From positions 120,001 to 152,000 of the forward strand of contig NZ_BCZP01000012.1 in assembly GCF_001598795.1 (NCBI RefSeq): a DNA stretch of 32,000 nucleotides, read 5' to 3'. Each line of letters begins with the position of its first letter. Position 1 is the first letter of the stretch. Origin of the DNA: Delftia acidovorans NBRC 14950. Its GTDB lineage: Bacteria; Pseudomonadota; Gammaproteobacteria; Burkholderiales; Burkholderiaceae_C. Below the pieces are notes generated by a model. The model did no database searches. It had not been told where the DNA came from and saw only the letters and a program-made list of their open reading frames with translations. The translations under genes were made by a program, and so were the position numbers. This document shows positions 10,855 through 21,073 of the stretch, piece by piece.

Positions 10855-10896
10855 GGTGTGCTCCTTGGTGGTGGACAGGGGACAGGGGGTGTGGAT

Positions 10897-11778
10897 TCAG
10901 AAAACCTGCAGCAGGCGCAGGTTGATGCGGGCGTTCTCCTTGAAGCCCTGGCGCACATGCAGATCGCGGCCCACGGTGGCCAGCAACTGCGTCTTGGGCG
11001 CGACAAACACCGCGCCGCCGAAAGAGACCTTGGTGGTGGACTGGCGGTCGCCTTGCGACACGCCGTTGACGTGGGTCTCGCCGCCCGTCAGGTGCGACAG
11101 GCCCAGGCGCAGGTCCGATGTGTCCGACAGGTGGTAGCGCAGCAGGCCCTGGAACTGGAACTGCGCCTTTTGCTTGAGCGTGGCGCTATTGGCGCCGAAG
11201 TCGTCGTTCTTGCCGAAGACGGTGACATCGGCCGCCAGGTCCATGGTCACGCTCTTGCCCAGCGGCTTGATCCAGCCGGCCTGCAGGGCGGCCTTCCAGC
11301 GGTTCTCGCCCAGGCTCAGCGGGTCGTTGCGGTTGTACTGGCCCGTGGGCAGCCAGACAAAGGGGGTGATGCCGAAGTGCTCCTTGTCGCCGGGCTTCGT
11401 CAGCCACAGGGTAGCGGCCAGCATCAGGTCGCCCACGCCGGTATTGCTGCCCATGGCCGCGATATCGCGCGAGGCCGACAGGCGCCCGAAGGGCAGCAGG
11501 AACTGCGGGTCGATCACATAGTCGCCCAGCTTCATGAAGTGCACGCCGCGCGCTATGCCGATGTCCGAGGTCAGCCTCGGCCGTATCGGCGCCTGGTCGC
11601 CATTGGCATAGAGGCTGTCGCGCGTGGCGTGCTGGTAATAGACCATGCCCAGCGTGGTGCCCGGCGGCAGGGCGGTGTAGTCGCCCGCGTCGATATCGAC
11701 GGCGTGGGCATTGAAGGTGGCGCATGCGGCCATGGCTGCCAGGGCCAGGGATGCGCGGGTGAAGGGCTTGGATGGCAT
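10897..11778 (-). CDS. Outer-membrane beta-barrel channel, MetA-pathway/phenol-degradation-like 'transporter' family (putative)
   Basis: Signal peptide (ALAAMAACATFNAHA), then DAGDYTALPPGTTLGMVYYQH, alternating beta-strand patterning and a C-terminal aromatic residue (..LRLLQVF). The family assignment is from memory of Pfam Phenol_MetA_deg-like proteins. Confidence 0.6.
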   Translation of the reverse strand: MPSKPFTRASLALAAMAACATFNAHAVDIDAGDYTALPPGTTLGMVYYQHATRDSLYANGDQAPIRPRLTSDIGIARGVHFMKLGDYVIDPQFLLPFGRLSASRDIAAMGSNTGVGDLMLAATLWLTKPGDKEHFGITPFVWLPTGQYNRNDPLSLGENRWKAALQAGWIKPLGKSVTMDLAADVTVFGKNDDFGANSATLKQKAQFQFQGLLRYHLSDTSDLRLGLSHLTGGETHVNGVSQGDRQSTTKVSFGGAVFVAPKTQLLATVGRDLHVRQGFKENARINLRLLQVF

Positions 11779-11845
11779 GGCGAAGAGTCCGGTCCGGTGT
11801 TTTCAGGCAAAGCCCTGCCCAGGCCTGCTGCAGGACAGCAGGGCC

Positions 11846-11882
11846 GGGGAGGGGATTGGGAGGTTGGGGGAGGGGAGGAGGG
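11846..11882 (+). repeat. G-run tract GGGGAGGGGATTGGGAGGTTGGGGGAGGGGAGGAGGG (potential G-quadruplex on the + strand; C-rich in the minus-strand mRNA)
   Basis: Read directly. It has at least five runs of G3 or longer separated by 1-5 nt. It lies in the 117-bp spacer between the dehydrogenase and the outer-membrane protein gene. Confidence 0.6.
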
Positions 11883-11895
11883 CGGCTCGCGCTGG

Positions 11896-14019
11896 CTACT
11901 TGGGCCGCACCGCGTCGGCCGTGCCCTGGATGAAGGCCTTGATCTTTTCCACGTCGTCCATGCTCAGCTTGCCCGTGAAGTCCGGCATGCCGCGCGACAT
12001 GGCCGGGCCCTTGAAGATGAACTTGTCCAGGTGCTCGATATAGGCCGGGTCCAGGTAGCCCAGGTTGGGCAGGTTGCCGCCCCGGTCCACGCCGGGCACG
12101 CCGTGGCAGAAGGCGCAGTTGCTGACGTACAGGGCCGTGCCCTCGGCCACCAGGCTCTTGTCGTAGGGCACGCCCTGCAGCAGCTTGCCCTGCTGGTAGG
12201 CGACGAAGGCAGGCGCCTCGGCCTTGCCGTCCAGCGCGAAGGTGTAGACCGTGCCCGGGCCCTTGCGCTCGGTGTGGCGCGCGGCCAGGCCGTAGACGCC
12301 GCCCCAGCCCACGGCGATGGAGACGTACTGGCGGCCATCGACCTCATAGGTGATGGGGGCGGCCACCACGCCCGTGCCCGTGGGCTTTTCCCAGAGCTTC
12401 TTGCCGTTGCGCGCGTCATAGGCCACGAAGCGGCCGTCGGCCGTGCCCTGGAACACCAGGTTGCCTGCCGTGGCCAGCGTGCCGCCGTTCCAGGGCGAGG
12501 CATGCTCCACGCGCCAGCGCTCCTTTTGCGCCACCGGGTCCCAGGCGATCAGGCGGCCGAAGGGCGTGCTCTTGGGCGGCTCCATGTTGACCAGCGTGGC
12601 CGTGTTCCAGCCGATGTTGCTGTGCGGCTCGGGCAGGGAGCCGCCGTTGAACTTCCAGTTCTTGTTGTCCTGCAGGGTCAGCGGCACATGCTGGGCCGGC
12701 AGGTAGGCCAGGCCCGTGTCGGGGCTGTAGGACATGGAATGCCAGTTGTGCGCACCGAAGGGGCTGGGGATCACGTCGCGCGCGCGGTCGCCGCTGCGCG
12801 CAATCGGCGTCTCGATGGGCCGGCCCTTGGCGTCGTAGCCGCTGGCCCAGTTCACGTCGACGAAGTTCTTGGCCGAGATGAACTGGCCGTTGGTGCGGTC
12901 GATGACGAAGAAGAAGCCGTTCTTGGGCGCATGCAGGATGACCTTGCGCGGCTTGCCGCCCACCTTGATGTCGGCCAGCACCATGGGCTGGGTGGAGGTG
13001 AAGTCCCAGCTGTCGCCCGGCGTTTCCTGGTAATGCCAGACGTACTCGCCCGTATCGGGGTTCAGCGCCACGATGCTGGCCAGGTACAGGTTGTCGCCAC
13101 CGGCCGGGCTGCGCTTGGCTTGCGCCCAGGGCGAGCCGTTGCCCGTGCCGATGTACATGAGGTTGAGCTCGGGGTCATAGGCCATGGTGTCCCAGGCCGT
13201 GCCGCCGCCACCGGCCTCCCACCACTTGCCGGCCGGGTCCCAGGTCTTGGCAGCGCGGGCCATGGCCTCGTTCTCGAAGGGCTTGGACGGATCGCCTGGC
13301 ACGGTGAACCAGCGCCATTGCTGGGCACCGGTCTCGGCGTCATAGGCCGTGACATAGCCGCGCACCCCGTACTCGGCGCCGCCGTTGCCGATCAGCACCT
13401 TGCCCTTGATGACGCGCGGCGCGCCCGTGATGGTGTAAGAGTAGGCGCGGTCGATGATGGTGTCCTGCTCCCAGACCTTCTGGCCCGTGGCCGCGTCCAG
13501 CGCCACCAGGCGGCCATCGAAGGCGCCCACATACACCTTGCCCTTGTAGACCGCCACGCCGCGGTTGACCACGTCGCAGCAGCCCTTGAAGCCGTTGGCG
13601 CGGTCCACGCCGGGGTCGTAGCTCCACAGGCGCTTGCCGGTGCGCACGTCCACCGCATGCACCACGCTCCAGCTGGCCGTGACGTACATGATTCCATCGA
13701 CCACCACGGGCGTGGACTCCACGCCGCGCGTGGATTCCAGGTCATACGACCAGACCAGGCCCAGCCGCTTCACATTGGCCGTGTCCAGCTGCCTGAGTTT
13801 GGAAAAGCGCGTCTCGCTGTAGTCCATGCCGTAGCTGGGCCAGTCCTTGGAGCTGCGCGCGTTGTCGCGGATGCTCTGAGAGTCGATGCGCGAGGTGACG
13901 GCGCGTATGTGCTCGGGCGAGCCTTTGCTTGGCAGGCCGGCCTGTGCCAGCGTGGCGCCCGGCAGGGCCAGCGCCAGGCCGGCGGCCAGCAGCGTGGAGG
14001 AAAGCACGTGGGTCTTCAT
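11896..14019 (-). CDS. Type II quinohaemoprotein (PQQ + haem c) alcohol dehydrogenase
   Basis: Signal peptide MKTHVLSSTLLAAGLALALPGATLAQA. Has the vicinal Cys pair GFKGCCDV and PQQ-propeller W motifs. The active site reads GDSWDFTSTQ. The C-terminal cytochrome c domain carries CAFCH (12103-12117). From memory it is very similar to the Comamonas testosteroni QH-EDH. AGGAGA lies 8 nt upstream of the ATG at 14019. Confidence 0.9.
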   Translation of the reverse strand: MKTHVLSSTLLAAGLALALPGATLAQAGLPSKGSPEHIRAVTSRIDSQSIRDNARSSKDWPSYGMDYSETRFSKLRQLDTANVKRLGLVWSYDLESTRGVESTPVVVDGIMYVTASWSVVHAVDVRTGKRLWSYDPGVDRANGFKGCCDVVNRGVAVYKGKVYVGAFDGRLVALDAATGQKVWEQDTIIDRAYSYTITGAPRVIKGKVLIGNGGAEYGVRGYVTAYDAETGAQQWRWFTVPGDPSKPFENEAMARAAKTWDPAGKWWEAGGGGTAWDTMAYDPELNLMYIGTGNGSPWAQAKRSPAGGDNLYLASIVALNPDTGEYVWHYQETPGDSWDFTSTQPMVLADIKVGGKPRKVILHAPKNGFFFVIDRTNGQFISAKNFVDVNWASGYDAKGRPIETPIARSGDRARDVIPSPFGAHNWHSMSYSPDTGLAYLPAQHVPLTLQDNKNWKFNGGSLPEPHSNIGWNTATLVNMEPPKSTPFGRLIAWDPVAQKERWRVEHASPWNGGTLATAGNLVFQGTADGRFVAYDARNGKKLWEKPTGTGVVAAPITYEVDGRQYVSIAVGWGGVYGLAARHTERKGPGTVYTFALDGKAEAPAFVAYQQGKLLQGVPYDKSLVAEGTALYVSNCAFCHGVPGVDRGGNLPNLGYLDPAYIEHLDKFIFKGPAMSRGMPDFTGKLSMDDVEKIKAFIQGTADAVRPK

Positions 14020-14162
14020 GTTGTCTCGTCTCCTGTGTGGTTTGTTTTTGCGTGCATGGCGCTGGGGGGCAAGGGCACCATGTGGGAGACGATAAAAAAA
14101 GCGGCCTCGGGTCACAACATTCGGACTTTCCCGGGGGCGGATGTGTACCGCCGTGGAACAGC

Positions 14163-16361
14163 TCAGAACGTCCGGCTGACCGTCACCCCGGCCGACAGCC
14201 CGCGTCCCGCACCCGGCTCAAAGAACCGCTGGTTGCCCTCGTTGACGATGACCGACCCTGCAAAGCGCCGGTCGAACAGGTTGTCCAGCCGCACAAAGGT
14301 CTGGGCGCTCCACTGCTGCCATTGCCGTGACCAGCGCAGGCTGGAGCCCCAGACGGTGTAGCCGGCCGCGCGGTCGGTGTTGCGGTCGTTCACGGCCACG
14401 GGGCCGCTGTGCAGCATGTCCACGGTCCAGGTCCATTGCGGTGACAGCTGCCAGGCCAGTTCGCTCCACAGGCGGCGCGGCGCGGTGCCGGCCAGGCGCG
14501 CGCCGGCGTCCACCGGGGCGGTGGGCGTGGTGCAGGGCGTGGCCTCGCAGGTCAGGAAGCTGTCGCGGTAGCGGGCCTGCAGCAGGGTCAGGGCGGTGCT
14601 GGCCGTGAGCGGTCCCCATTGCGCGTTGCCCGAGAATTCCAGCCCCCGGCGCAGCGTGCGGCCTGCGTTCTGGTAGGTGGCGCGCCCGCCCGTGTTGGAC
14701 AGCACGGTGAGCTCGCGCTGGGTATGGGTCTCGAACAGCGTGAGGTTCCAGCCCGCGTTGCCGTGGCGCCCGCGCAGGCCGACCTCGACGGTGTTGTGGG
14801 CGCTGGCGGCCAGGCCGGTGTTCATGCCATTTTGGCCACCGGGCCGGTAGGCCACTTCGTTGAGCGTGGGCGTTTCCATGCCCCGGCCCACCGATGCGTG
14901 CGCCACCAGGTCCGGCAGCAGGTTCACGCGCAGGCCCAGCGAGGGCAGCCAGCCGCGCCAGGCCATGCTGCCGCTGTCATCGCCATTGCCGGCTGCGATG
15001 TAGTGGTCCTCGGAGCGGTAGCGCACGCGCGCCTGGCGCAGGCCGGCGCTCAGGGCCAGGCTCTGCGTGCTCCACTCGGCCTGCAGGTAGGGGTCGGCGG
15101 AGCGTGCCTGGTTGCGTTCGTCGCGGCGCAGCCGGCCCTGCACGCCGAGCTGGCTGCCGATGAAGTTCTCGTAGCCGCGCCGGGTTTCGCCCTGCCAGTC
15201 GTAGGCCAGGCCTGCCGACCAGTCCAGCCGGCCGCCAGCCACGTCCTCATGGGTGCTGCGCCAGCGCAGGTTCATGCCTGCGTAGTCGCGGTCCAGGTCG
15301 ATCACGCCGCCTGAATGCGAGGGCGGTGCCTGCGTGGCCACGGGAATGGACTGGTACTGCAGCACGGAGCGCGTACCCGCATAGGCCATGAGTTCCAGGC
15401 GCTGGCCCGCGCCGAACTGGTGCTGCCAGGCGGCGCCCAGCTGGCGCTGGCGCACGCTTTTGCGCGTATTGAAGCGCAGCGCGCTGGCCGTGGTCTGGCC
15501 GGGGTCGGCTTCGAACTCGGCGCGTGTCAGGCCCAGCGGGTCCTGGGCGCTGGCGCGCTGCTCCTGGTACTGCAGCAGCCACTGGTCGTCGCCCTGCTTG
15601 CGTGACAGCTTCATGTGGGCCGTGCTGCGGTCGGCGGCCGACTGGGGGCGCATGCCGTCGGTGGCGAAGCGCTCGATGTGGATGGCATAGCGCCATGGGG
15701 CGGAGCCGCCATCCGCCTGGTCCGGTTTTCCGCCATCGATCGTGCCGCGCAGCTGGGTGGACAGGCGCCACAGCCCGTCCGGCCCCACGGCCATGCCGCT
15801 GCGCCACAGGCCCGGTTCCTCGCCGTCTTCGGTGTACAGCAGCAGTGCGCCGCCTGCGCTGTTGCCGTAGAGCACGGCGGCCGGGCCGCGCACCACGTCC
15901 AGGCGCGCGGCGTTGCCCAGCGTGAAGTTGGCGGCCTGGCCCTGGCCGTCGGGCGCGCCTGCCGGAATGCCGTCCACGTACAAGCGCAGGCCGCGCACGC
16001 CAAAGGTGGAGCGCGCACCGAAGCCGCGCACCGAGATCTGCAGGTCCTGTGCGAAGTTCTGGCGGTTCAGCACCACCAGGCCCGGCACGCGCGCCAGGCT
16101 CTCGGACAGGTTGATCTGCATCTGCCCGTCTCGCAGCACGGCGCCTTCCACGCTGTCGATGGCGGCAGTGGCGCGCCACAGGTCGGGGCCGGCGCCGGGC
16201 TGGCTGGCCGTGATGACCACGGGGGCGAGCAGGGCCTCGCTGGAGTCCTGCGCTGCGTCCGCCGCGTGGGCGGGCAGGGCGTGCAGCGTACAGGCCAGTG
16301 CGGCGCCCAGGGTGAGCAGGGCGGGCCAAGTGTGTCTTGTGCTGTGTGGGGAGCGTGTCAT
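14163..16361 (-). CDS. TonB-dependent outer-membrane receptor, YncD/PqqU-like (candidate PQQ importer)
   Basis: Signal peptide ending AHAADA, a TonB-box-like LAPVVITAS, and the plug motif QDLQISVRGFGARSTFGVRGLRLYVDGIPAGAPDGQGQ. Also has YQSIPVA..PSHSGGVI, RRDERN...DPYLQ, GNGDDSG and the C-terminal NLFDRRFAGSVIVNEGNQRFFEPGAGR...F. These blocks match my recollection of E. coli YncD (PqqU). The start may be the ATG at 16361 or the TTG at 16406. Confidence 0.8.
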   Translation of the reverse strand: MTRSPHSTRHTWPALLTLGAALACTLHALPAHAADAAQDSSEALLAPVVITASQPGAGPDLWRATAAIDSVEGAVLRDGQMQINLSESLARVPGLVVLNRQNFAQDLQISVRGFGARSTFGVRGLRLYVDGIPAGAPDGQGQAANFTLGNAARLDVVRGPAAVLYGNSAGGALLLYTEDGEEPGLWRSGMAVGPDGLWRLSTQLRGTIDGGKPDQADGGSAPWRYAIHIERFATDGMRPQSAADRSTAHMKLSRKQGDDQWLLQYQEQRASAQDPLGLTRAEFEADPGQTTASALRFNTRKSVRQRQLGAAWQHQFGAGQRLELMAYAGTRSVLQYQSIPVATQAPPSHSGGVIDLDRDYAGMNLRWRSTHEDVAGGRLDWSAGLAYDWQGETRRGYENFIGSQLGVQGRLRRDERNQARSADPYLQAEWSTQSLALSAGLRQARVRYRSEDHYIAAGNGDDSGSMAWRGWLPSLGLRVNLLPDLVAHASVGRGMETPTLNEVAYRPGGQNGMNTGLAASAHNTVEVGLRGRHGNAGWNLTLFETHTQRELTVLSNTGGRATYQNAGRTLRRGLEFSGNAQWGPLTASTALTLLQARYRDSFLTCEATPCTTPTAPVDAGARLAGTAPRRLWSELAWQLSPQWTWTVDMLHSGPVAVNDRNTDRAAGYTVWGSSLRWSRQWQQWSAQTFVRLDNLFDRRFAGSVIVNEGNQRFFEPGAGRGLSAGVTVSRTF

Positions 16362-16477
16362 TGCGGGCGGGCCTGTGGCGATGCCCGAGGTTACCGAGCC
16401 CGGCAATCCGTTCCAACACGGGTGATTTCCCTAGTGCTGTCCTGTGCCGTGGCGGAACAACAATCGCGGCAGTTTTG

Positions 16478-17653
16478 ATGTCCGTCATGCAACAGCCGCC
16501 TCCCGCCCCACTGCCATCCAACCCCTTCTATGCCACGCGCCAGGACCGGGTGGCGCTGGCGCGCGAGCGCTATTTCGAGCGCGGCGAGCGCCCCTCGGGC
16601 CTGGTGTCCGAGCCCGTGCTGCAGTCCTGGACGCGCTGCCTGGGCGCCAGCCGCAGCCCCGACGAGAAGATCAGCTTCGACCCGGTCAGCAAGATCCGCA
16701 CGGCCACCTTGCTGACCCACAACCGCGCGCTGATCGAGGCGGCGCGCGACCCCATCGCCGAACTCGAGACCGTGATCGCGGGCAGCCAGGCGCGCGCCAT
16801 GCTGACCTGCAGCGAGGGCGTGGTGCTGATCGCCTCGCGCCCCACGCCGGGCGACGGCCCGCTGCTGCTGACGGCCGCACGCGTGGGCGTGAACATTGCC
16901 GAGGATGCCGTGGGCACGGGCGCACCCGGCGTGGCCGTGCGCACGGGCGAGGTCTGCCATGTGCGTGGCGGCGAGCATTTCTTTCGCTGCCTGGCCTCGC
17001 TGCACTGCGCGGCCGCGCCCGTGCGCGACGCCAGCGGGCGCACCGTGGCCATGCTGGACCTGAGCAGCGAGGCGGGCCCCTTTCGCTTTGATGCGGGCGC
17101 CATGGCCCATATGTACGCCACCTGCATCGAGAACCGGCTGCTGGTGGGCGCTGCCCGCATGCACCTGCTGCTGCGCTTCCAGTCCAGCCGCAGCATGTTC
17201 GGCACGCCGCTGGAAGGGCTGGCTGCCGTGGATGGCGACGGCATGGTGCGCTGGTTCAACGGCGTGGGCGCCCAGTTGTTCGACAGCCCGCGCCGGCCCG
17301 CCGAGGGGCTGGCGGCAGAGGAAGTCTTCGGCCTGGGCCTGAACCAGTTGCTGGAGCTGGCCCACCACGGCCAGGCGCGCCCGCAGATGCTGCCTACGGG
17401 GCTGACGCTGTGGATGGAGGCGAGGCTGGATGAGGCATCTTCCCAGGTCGAGGAGGTGCTGCCGGCCATCGAGGCCCTGCCACCGCCCGCCGAGGCGCCG
17501 TCCGAGGCACCGTCTTCCCTGGGCGAGGCCAGCCGCGAGCTGATCGAGCAGGCCCTGGCCCGCTGCCAGGGCAATATCTCGCAGGCCGCCCGCATGCTGG
17601 GCGTCTCGCGCGGGCTGCTGTACCGGCGCCTGCGCGAGTGGGGCAGGGCTTAG
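16478..17653 (+). CDS. AcoR-like transcriptional regulator: GAF-type sensor plus C-terminal Fis-type HTH, without a sigma-54 AAA+ domain
   Basis: The N-terminus RVALARERYFERGERPSGLVSEPVLQSWTRC is AcoR-like. The C-terminus ELIEQALARCQGNISQAARMLGVSRGLLYRRLREWG is an HTH_8/Fis motif. No Walker A (GESGTGKE) or GAFTGA motif occurs anywhere in the 391 aa. It is divergent from the receptor gene. Confidence 0.75.
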   Translation: MSVMQQPPPAPLPSNPFYATRQDRVALARERYFERGERPSGLVSEPVLQSWTRCLGASRSPDEKISFDPVSKIRTATLLTHNRALIEAARDPIAELETVIAGSQARAMLTCSEGVVLIASRPTPGDGPLLLTAARVGVNIAEDAVGTGAPGVAVRTGEVCHVRGGEHFFRCLASLHCAAAPVRDASGRTVAMLDLSSEAGPFRFDAGAMAHMYATCIENRLLVGAARMHLLLRFQSSRSMFGTPLEGLAAVDGDGMVRWFNGVGAQLFDSPRRPAEGLAAEEVFGLGLNQLLELAHHGQARPQMLPTGLTLWMEARLDEASSQVEEVLPAIEALPPPAEAPSEAPSSLGEASRELIEQALARCQGNISQAARMLGVSRGLLYRRLREWGRA

Positions 17654-17663
17654 GCCGTCTGGC

Positions 17664-18533
17664 CTATGCCGGCACGGCGGCCAGCGCGCCGCGCATCCAT
17701 TCGATGAAGACCCCTGCCTGGGCCGGCAGCGCACGCCCTGCAGCTGGCACGGCGCGCAGGCCGCCCTCGAAGGGCACGAAGCCATGGGGCGCCACCAGCA
17801 GCCCCTCCTTGAGCTCGCGTGCGATCAGCCGCTGCTCCACCAGGGCAACGCCCAGGCCCGACAGTGCCGCCTCTATGCACAGGTGGGTGTGGGGGAACGC
17901 CAGCGTCTCGCCCAGGGCCACGGGCTGGCCCGTGAGGGCTTCCCACTGGTTCCATGCGCTGGCCGTGTACTCATTTGCAATGCGCGCGCGGTTGGCGGGC
18001 CGGCGCCGGGCATAGGCCGGCGTGCAGACGGCGCCGAAGTGCACGGGCGCCAGTTCGATGGCGCGGCGGCGGTCGGCCTCGGCGTAGGTGGACAGATCCC
18101 AGGCAATGATCAGGTCGGCGCCTTCATTGCGCATCTCGCGCGCCGAGGTCATGGACAGGCGGATGCGGATATGCGGGTGGCTGCGGTAGAACACCGCCAG
18201 CTGCGGCACCAGCCAGCGCATGGCAAAGGTGGCGCTGCAGGCCACATGCAGCCCCGGCGCCTGGGCGTCGCGCGCCAGCTGGGCATAGGCGGCCTCCAGC
18301 TGGTCGAAGGCCGTGCGCACCGAGGCATGGAAGGCGGCACCCGCCTCGGTCAGGCGCAGGCCCGTGCCTTCTTTCTCGAACAGCGCCGCGCCTGCGTGCT
18401 CCTGCAGCAGGCGCAGGTGGCGGCTGATGGCACCGTGGCTGCGGCACAGTTCCTCGGCCGCGCGTGTCACCGAGCCGGTGCGGGCAATGGCCTCGAAGGC
18501 GCGCAGGGCGGCCAGCGGTGGCAGTTGTCTCAT
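17664..18533 (-). CDS. LysR-family transcriptional regulator (GcvA-like)
   Basis: MRQLPPLAALRAFEAIARTGSVTRAAEELCRSHGAISRHLRLLQE is a LysR HTH. It is about 289 aa with a LysR substrate-binding domain. The ATG at 18533 was chosen over the longer ORF start at 18581. Confidence 0.85.
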   Translation of the reverse strand: MRQLPPLAALRAFEAIARTGSVTRAAEELCRSHGAISRHLRLLQEHAGAALFEKEGTGLRLTEAGAAFHASVRTAFDQLEAAYAQLARDAQAPGLHVACSATFAMRWLVPQLAVFYRSHPHIRIRLSMTSAREMRNEGADLIIAWDLSTYAEADRRRAIELAPVHFGAVCTPAYARRRPANRARIANEYTASAWNQWEALTGQPVALGETLAFPHTHLCIEAALSGLGVALVEQRLIARELKEGLLVAPHGFVPFEGGLRAVPAAGRALPAQAGVFIEWMRGALAAVPA

Positions 18534-18544
18534 GGCAATCAATT

Positions 18545-18561
18545 CGTCAGAAAAGCTGACG
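18545..18561. promoter_or_regulatory. LysR-type T-N11-A box with dyad CGTCAG-N5-CTGACG
   Basis: Perfect 6-bp inverted repeat containing TCAGAAAAGCTGA (T-N11-A). It sits 12 nt upstream of the LysR start, in the 153-bp divergent region shared with the enolase paralog. Confidence 0.45.
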
Positions 18562-18671
18562 CATGGGCAGAAAAACTGCATTGTCCCGCATCGCCGTGAT
18601 TTCTAGCATGGAAGCCTGTTCATTGGAGTTGTGCAGGCTTGCCAGCTCCTTTGCACAGTTCAATTTCTTGA

Positions 18672-20926
<2,255 letters not shown>

Positions 20927-21015
20927 GGGAGAGGCTGGATCTGGCAGGGGCGCCGGGTGGAACCGTATGGAACCAGGCAGGGGTCGACGAAAAGGTCTGC
21001 CAGTGTATGCAGTTT

Positions 21016-21050
21016 GGGGCCCAGCCCAGGCAAACCCGGGCTCAGGCCCC
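21016..21050 (-). terminator. Long GC hairpin downstream of the small ORF (GGGGCC..AGCCC..GGGCT..GGCCCC); possible terminator or processing structure
   Basis: Nested inverted repeats read directly, 24 nt after the stop of ORF 21074..21388. No U-tract follows on the minus strand. Confidence 0.3.
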
Positions 21051-21073
21051 ATTCAGCCGTGCTGCGGGCAGGC

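Noticed and set aside
14069-14081. Possible sigma-54 -24/-12 promoter (TGGTGCCCTTGCC on the minus strand) upstream of the quinohaemoprotein ADH.
   Set aside because: The GG and GC elements are 9 nt apart rather than the canonical 12 (first G to G). The adjacent AcoR-like regulator also lacks the AAA+ domain needed to activate sigma-54.
14093-14099. A T7 run (minus strand) after the receptor gene, considered as an intrinsic terminator.
   Set aside because: I could not find a convincing GC-rich stem immediately preceding the U-run; only 4-5-bp pairings are present. It may instead be an UP-element-like A/T tract of the ADH promoter. Left uncalled.
9466-14361. A 1631-aa ORF on the + strand spanning four genes.
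   Set aside because: It is antisense to four minus-strand genes with clear family motifs (aldehyde dehydrogenase, outer-membrane protein, quinohaemoprotein ADH, TonB-dependent receptor). Its translation is low-complexity and G/A/R/H/D/V-rich with no recognisable domain. This is the stop-codon-poor shadow frame typical of very GC-rich DNA.
16362-16477. Fur box or iron regulation of the TonB-dependent receptor.
   Set aside because: No AT-rich GATAAT-type palindrome is visible in the 116-bp divergent promoter region, so I do not annotate the receptor as a siderophore receptor.
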